DNA of 64,000 nt from Zygnema circumcarinatum SAG 698-1b (Eukaryota > Plantae > Zygnematophyceae). Where the stretch lies: NCBI GenBank assembly GCA_037447605.1, contig CM074806.1:2728001-2792000 (forward strand), read 5' to 3'. Below are positions 59,385-64,000 of the stretch, piece by piece. The position numbers were made by a program, and so were the translations under genes. A model generated the notes under the pieces. That model saw only the letters and a list, made by a program, of their open reading frames with translations, ran no database searches and was not told the origin of the DNA. The stretch's first letter is position 1. Each line of letters opens with the position of its first letter.

Positions 59385-60365
59385 TGTGGTGTGCTCCTGC
59401 CAGCCTGCAGGCCTGCACCCACCTTGCAACGTGGCGGCTGGTGGTGAGGTTGATCCATTGGAAGTTTTCCCCAAGAAAACTCAAAAGCAGATATAGATAG
59501 TGTATTCGTAATGTCTTTCTAGTGAGACAGGTTCTGTTTCTCAGGATTTTTTTTTCAGTAGATAGATGCATGGACCGTGATGTAGGGATATGATCATCGT
59601 TCTTTCCAGTATTGGAGGTATTCGGGGGGTAGTCTATGGCTGTATGTGAGCAAACTCAGTTATGAGTAGCTGCTAGAGCATGTCCGCTCCTGATATCCAC
59701 TAGGATGGAGGGTGTAGAGTCCATTTTTTTATCTGCAGAAATCTAGTTTTTGCTCACCCCTCCTTCATGAAAAGGTCATAGTGAAGGTGAGCAGCGTTAG
59801 AAGGGCGTTTTAGGGACTACCTAGTTGTCGACCTCCCTCCGTATACCAACCAGTACCGGCTTCAGAATAAGCTTTTTAGAATACTGTAACTAGTTGTGCG
59901 CAGTAGTTGAAATTCGTGCAAATAAGACCTCTTGTCTGAATGCGGTATGAAAGCTTAACACTGGTGGGGACGAAGCTCGGTCCGCTCACTCGGAGAGCCA
60001 TAACAACGGCGGCGTAGCCCTTTGAGACAGCAAAAGAAAAAGCCTGCGATGGGGCAGCTACCTGCTATCAGAGGCCGAATGGGGCACAGTTAATAATAGC
60101 ACTTCATGGGGACAAAGATGCTCACGAGGCGAACCGATGACCAAAGAGGAGGAAAGAAACAAAGACCCACAAAGCGAACCTATGGTATGTGCTTGGAAAG
60201 GAATCAAACAAAACAACACCAAACGAAATTAGACTCAATTGAAAGAAACTAATAATGGTAACAAAGGGGCAGTACCGTACCATACCACAGTTTTTCATAC
60301 TGTATATGAAGAAGCATATATTGACTTTTAGTCAATCTAGACACGGGTCAGCTCGAAAAGCTCGA

Positions 60366-60367
60366 GA

Positions 60368-60399
<32 letters not shown>

Positions 60400-60407
60400 G
60401 GAAATTG
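60366..60407 (+). repeat. (GAAACTG)5 + GAAATTG heptamer tandem repeat ~200 bp upstream of SLY1
   Basis: Direct sequence. Confidence 0.9.
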
Positions 60408-60612
60408 GCGATTTTCTTAAATCTGATTGAAGAGCCGTTGAGCGGGCGACAAGCGTTCCATGGCCGCAGTTCCTGTGACGGCGGCGGTTGGCAGCGCCGT
60501 TCTGAAGCCATGGAACGCGCCTCGGCTCCTGCAACCGGCAGAGGTCGCGAGCGCTGAAATTAGGTTTGCTTTCTCTCGACAGACTCTGCGAGCAGACTCT
60601 CCTGCAGCAGCC

Positions 60613-62570
60613 ATGACGCTGTGCCTTCGCCAACGGCAAATCGGTAAGACTCATTCAACTATGGATGCCTTCTTTCGCTCGACGTTTTCTGGTTTCGTCA
60701 CTTCAGACATAAAAGAAATCGAATTTCTTATAATTTACGTTTTTCTGTTCCAGATGCTGTGGTGCGCATGCTGAACTTGAACCAGCCAGTGGCGAGTGGA
60801 GGAACAGCAGATGAAGAGGTTTACAAGGTTCTGCTCCTTGACCGGTTTTGTCGCGACATCATCTCACCGCTGCTCCGAGTGAATGAGTTGCGGAAGCACG
60901 GAGTCACTCTGCATCTTCTTGTCGAAGCGGATCGACAGAATATCCCTGATGTACCGGCTGTATATTTTGTTCAGCCCACTCCAAGCAACATACAGCGCAT
61001 TGTGCAGGATATGTCACGAGGGGTGTATGATAAGTTCCATCTCAACTTCACATCGTCGCTCCCGCGACCTCTGTTGGAGGATCTTGCAGCTGGAGCTCTC
61101 AAATCCGACTGTCTGCAACGAATTGCCAAAGTGTATGATCAGTACCTGGAATTTATCAGCTTGGAATCTAATCTCTTCTCGCTCGCACAACCGAATACAT
61201 ATGTTCAACTTAACGACCCCACAGCTAAAGATAAGGACGTGGAAGCCGCCATAGAAGGCATCGTGAGTGGGCTTTTTTGCGCGTTGGCAACCATGGGAGT
61301 GGTGCCCATCATAAGGGCTCCTGACAAAGGACCGGCAGAGATGGTTGCTCGGCAGCTAGACGCCCGTCTTCGGGCGCACTTGTCATCCCCAAACAATCTG
61401 TTTAAGGAGGCGAATCACTTGATGGGAACTGGATTTCAGCGCCCACTTCTATGCATCTTTGATCGCAATCTGGAGTTAGCTGTCGGAGTTCAGCATTCGT
61501 GGACGTATCGTCCGCTTGTGCACGACATTTTAGGGTTACACCTCAACCGTGTGGTTGTTCAGCAAGGGGCGGCAACTCCAACAGCGATGAAAGCACGCAA
61601 GCAGACAGTCTATGAGCTGGATGACGATGATAGATTCTGGAGAGCACATAATGCGTCGCCATTTCCAAAAGCTGCAGAGGAGGTGGACGTACAATTGAAA
61701 AAATGGAAGCAGGATAAGGAGGATGTCAACCGGCAAGAAGGTGGAGATATAGAGGAAGATATTGCTAGCAATACGAAACAATTGACAGCTGCTATGAATG
61801 CTGTTCCAGAGATGCTAGAAAGGAAGAAAACGATTGATAAGCATATCAATATTGGTGGAGCATTGCTAGAGGAGATAAAGAATAGAGCCATTGACGCATT
61901 TTTCACAACTGAGGAAGATATGCTGACACGTGGAAGTGTGGAAAAGGCGACTTTCCTGAATCTATTGAAAACACGTGGAACAGCTGACGACAAGCTGCGG
62001 CTCGCTATAGTTCATCTCCTTGCATCAGAATCGATTACGCCTGGCGACCTTGAGCCTGTGGAAGCTGCTTTGGCAGAGGCTCAGGTTGATACCGCGGCTC
62101 TTCATTATGTTAAGCAGCTCAAACGCCTCCACCAGTCCCTGAGCTCTGCCAATGTAGGTAGCAGAGATGATCTTCTCGATTGGGCAAACCGAATCTACTC
62201 CCAGGGAGCGAAGATTGTGAAGGAGCGTGTTCCTATCTTGCTGTCTGCTGGGCGCCAGCTGGTCCTAACGAGAGCTGTGGAAGCCCTTATGGAGGCTAGG
62301 CAGGGTCCAGAAACGGATTCATATCTTCTGTTAGATCCGCGCGCCTCAAAAAATAATGCTGCAACACATGCCCGAGGACCATTTAAGGATGCAATTGTGT
62401 TCATGATAGGGGGAGGGAACTACATAGAATATCAGGGGTTGCTCGACTACGCCCAAAAGCAGCAACCAGCCAAGACAATCATATATGGGGCCACTGAGAT
62501 TTTGTCAGGTAGAGAGATTTTGGCGCAATTGGCAGAACTGGGTCGAAAAATGGGGGCTGGAGGACTGTAA
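60613..62570 (+). CDS. SLY1: Sec1/Munc18-family ER-Golgi transport protein SLY1; 2 exons (60613-60643, 60754-62570)
   Basis: MTLCLRQRQI|DAVVRMLNLNQP..EEVYKVLLLDRFCRDIISPLLRVNELRKHGVTLHL..DVPAVYFVQPT..RPLLCIFDRN..FKDAIVFMIGGGNYIEY..IIYGATEIL; uninterrupted 1.8-kb exon. Confidence 0.96.
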
Positions 62571-64000
62571 GGCAAGGTAAACGCAGGAGGGGTAGGTGAA
62601 ACAGGCATTTGTTCAGTTGACCTCGTAGAAAACCAGAACACCAACAAATGATTGAAACGAATGTGAAAATTTTGCTCTTCAGGCATTAGGAAAAGCTTCA
62701 TTAATTGGCTAAATCTTCATGACTTAGAAATAAATGAATGGCAGTGTTTGAGAACTATCACAAACTTTGTCAGCAGGATGTGGTACATTTTTGTTTATAG
62801 ACTTAGCGAGCAGTATTTGTCTTTGTTGGCCGCACGAGAGGAAAAATCTGTAACCTCAGGCAGGTGGGGAGTTTTGAAAGCCAGGAATGGTGCTTTTAAG
62901 GACAACAGAATGAAGCTGTACTCCGGTTTAACTGGATGTAAAGTTTAAACACATCAATTGTGTCTCTTTCTGAGGATGGTACCACCTGGACTGAAGTTGA
63001 AATTGATTCTGGCGGTTTGCTTCACAGGAAAGGGTGATTTCTGTCGGGCGTTCATCTTTGATGATTTAGATTCATTTAGAGTGCAGGTCCATGCAGTCAT
63101 GTCGTAGCTCAAGCCGAGCTTCACTGAAACCAGCTCCGCAGCTCGACTGCTCGACAAGAAGTGGAAGTTAAAAAAGTAACAGTGTGCGGGAGCACTCAGT
63201 TTAACCACAAGCAGCTCTCCCTCTCGCCATCAATAGATGGGGGCCACTTGAACTATCTCACAGGTATTTGTACGTGTTCCAATTCACGAGCCTGTAGACA
63301 TAAGCGCTCACACACAGCTTTTGTTTGGTGACTTGGAACATTTCCAAGCTAATGAACAGCAATAGACTGGACACTGTCACGAACGTTTGCAAACAGATAT
63401 GCATGTAATGCAATACAGCCGACTTTCTTGGTGCGGAGACAAGCTTATGATGTTACTCGGATGTTGCAATTGGCTGGGGACAAACTGCCGCGATAATAAT
63501 AGAAAGGACTAGTCCGGATGATGAGTCCAGAAGGGTGTCCGATGATTTTGCAGTTTTGCAGCAGTGCCATGACATAACCACATGCCATGGCATGTATGAC
63601 TGCTGCAAACCTAGTCCATGCGCCATCCTAGCTCTTCAAGAGAAAGCAAAGTCCTTGCAATATGGATCAAGAACCCTCGTTGCTCCTCAGCGCAAAGACA
63701 GTGGGCATCTTTGTTGTGCTACAAAGTACAAAACGAAGAAAGAACAAAATAGTTGGAATTCAACACACAGTAGTTTCGGATCACCATATGGATTGGAACT
63801 TTTGACATACTGAACTTTCAAAGTTTAAACATAGAATGGTGCCGCAATTGTGTAGCATACCTAGGGATGGCCCTAGTAGTAAAGTCGACAATATGATAGG
63901 AAACTAATAAATCCACATCTTTTTTGGATTGATACACACTTTTTTTTGCAGTGCAAGTTTTAAAATAGACAAAAAAAGATTAAAAATGGAAAATTCTTTT

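Noticed and set aside
59835-59844. CTCCCTCCGT Stowaway-type terminal motif
   Set aside because: No TA flank and no inverted partner found.
60754-62570. SLY1 as a retrocopy because of its 1.8-kb single exon
   Set aside because: It retains an intron near the start and an intact conserved ORF; no poly(A) tail or TSD.
62954-63813. Short ORFs after SLY1 as terminal exons of a gene beyond the window
   Set aside because: No recognisable domains or consistent splice frame.

Overview
Eukaryotic, intron-rich, gene-dense DNA from a green plant, most likely a streptophyte alga or early-diverging land plant (inferred from gene content; species not identifiable). There are two 10-N gaps (4485-4494, 48247-48256). 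From left to right: a decayed Ty3/Gypsy retroelement (1-~4650, -), TIO/FUSED kinase (+), starch synthase III (+), phosphatidate cytidylyltransferase (+), coatomer zeta (+), two tandem OHP2 genes (-), a divergent GT92/GALS-like glycosyltransferase (+), ARL8 GTPase (-), CGL160 (+), a WRKY factor (+) and SLY1 (+). Exon boundaries were read by eye and the central TIO exons are only partly resolved. The most unusual items are four. (1) A family of non-autonomous DNA transposons with CACAGnTCGGACCA termini and 8-bp TSDs, built almost entirely from helically phased ACTGGTT-NNN-AACCAGT palindromes. Two complete copies lie upstream of genes at near-identical target sites, plus one diverged relic. (2) A three-layer nest upstream of the WRKY gene: a hAT-like shell holding a 159-bp MITE and a 945-bp foldback element, each with intact TSDs. 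(3) OHP2 paralogues whose exon 1 is ~98% identical while exon 2 carries 17 purely synonymous changes in 115 nt, suggesting exon-limited gene conversion. (4) A WRKY domain with a hybrid C-X7-C-X23-H-X-H zinc finger. No database searches were possible, so novelty is unverified.
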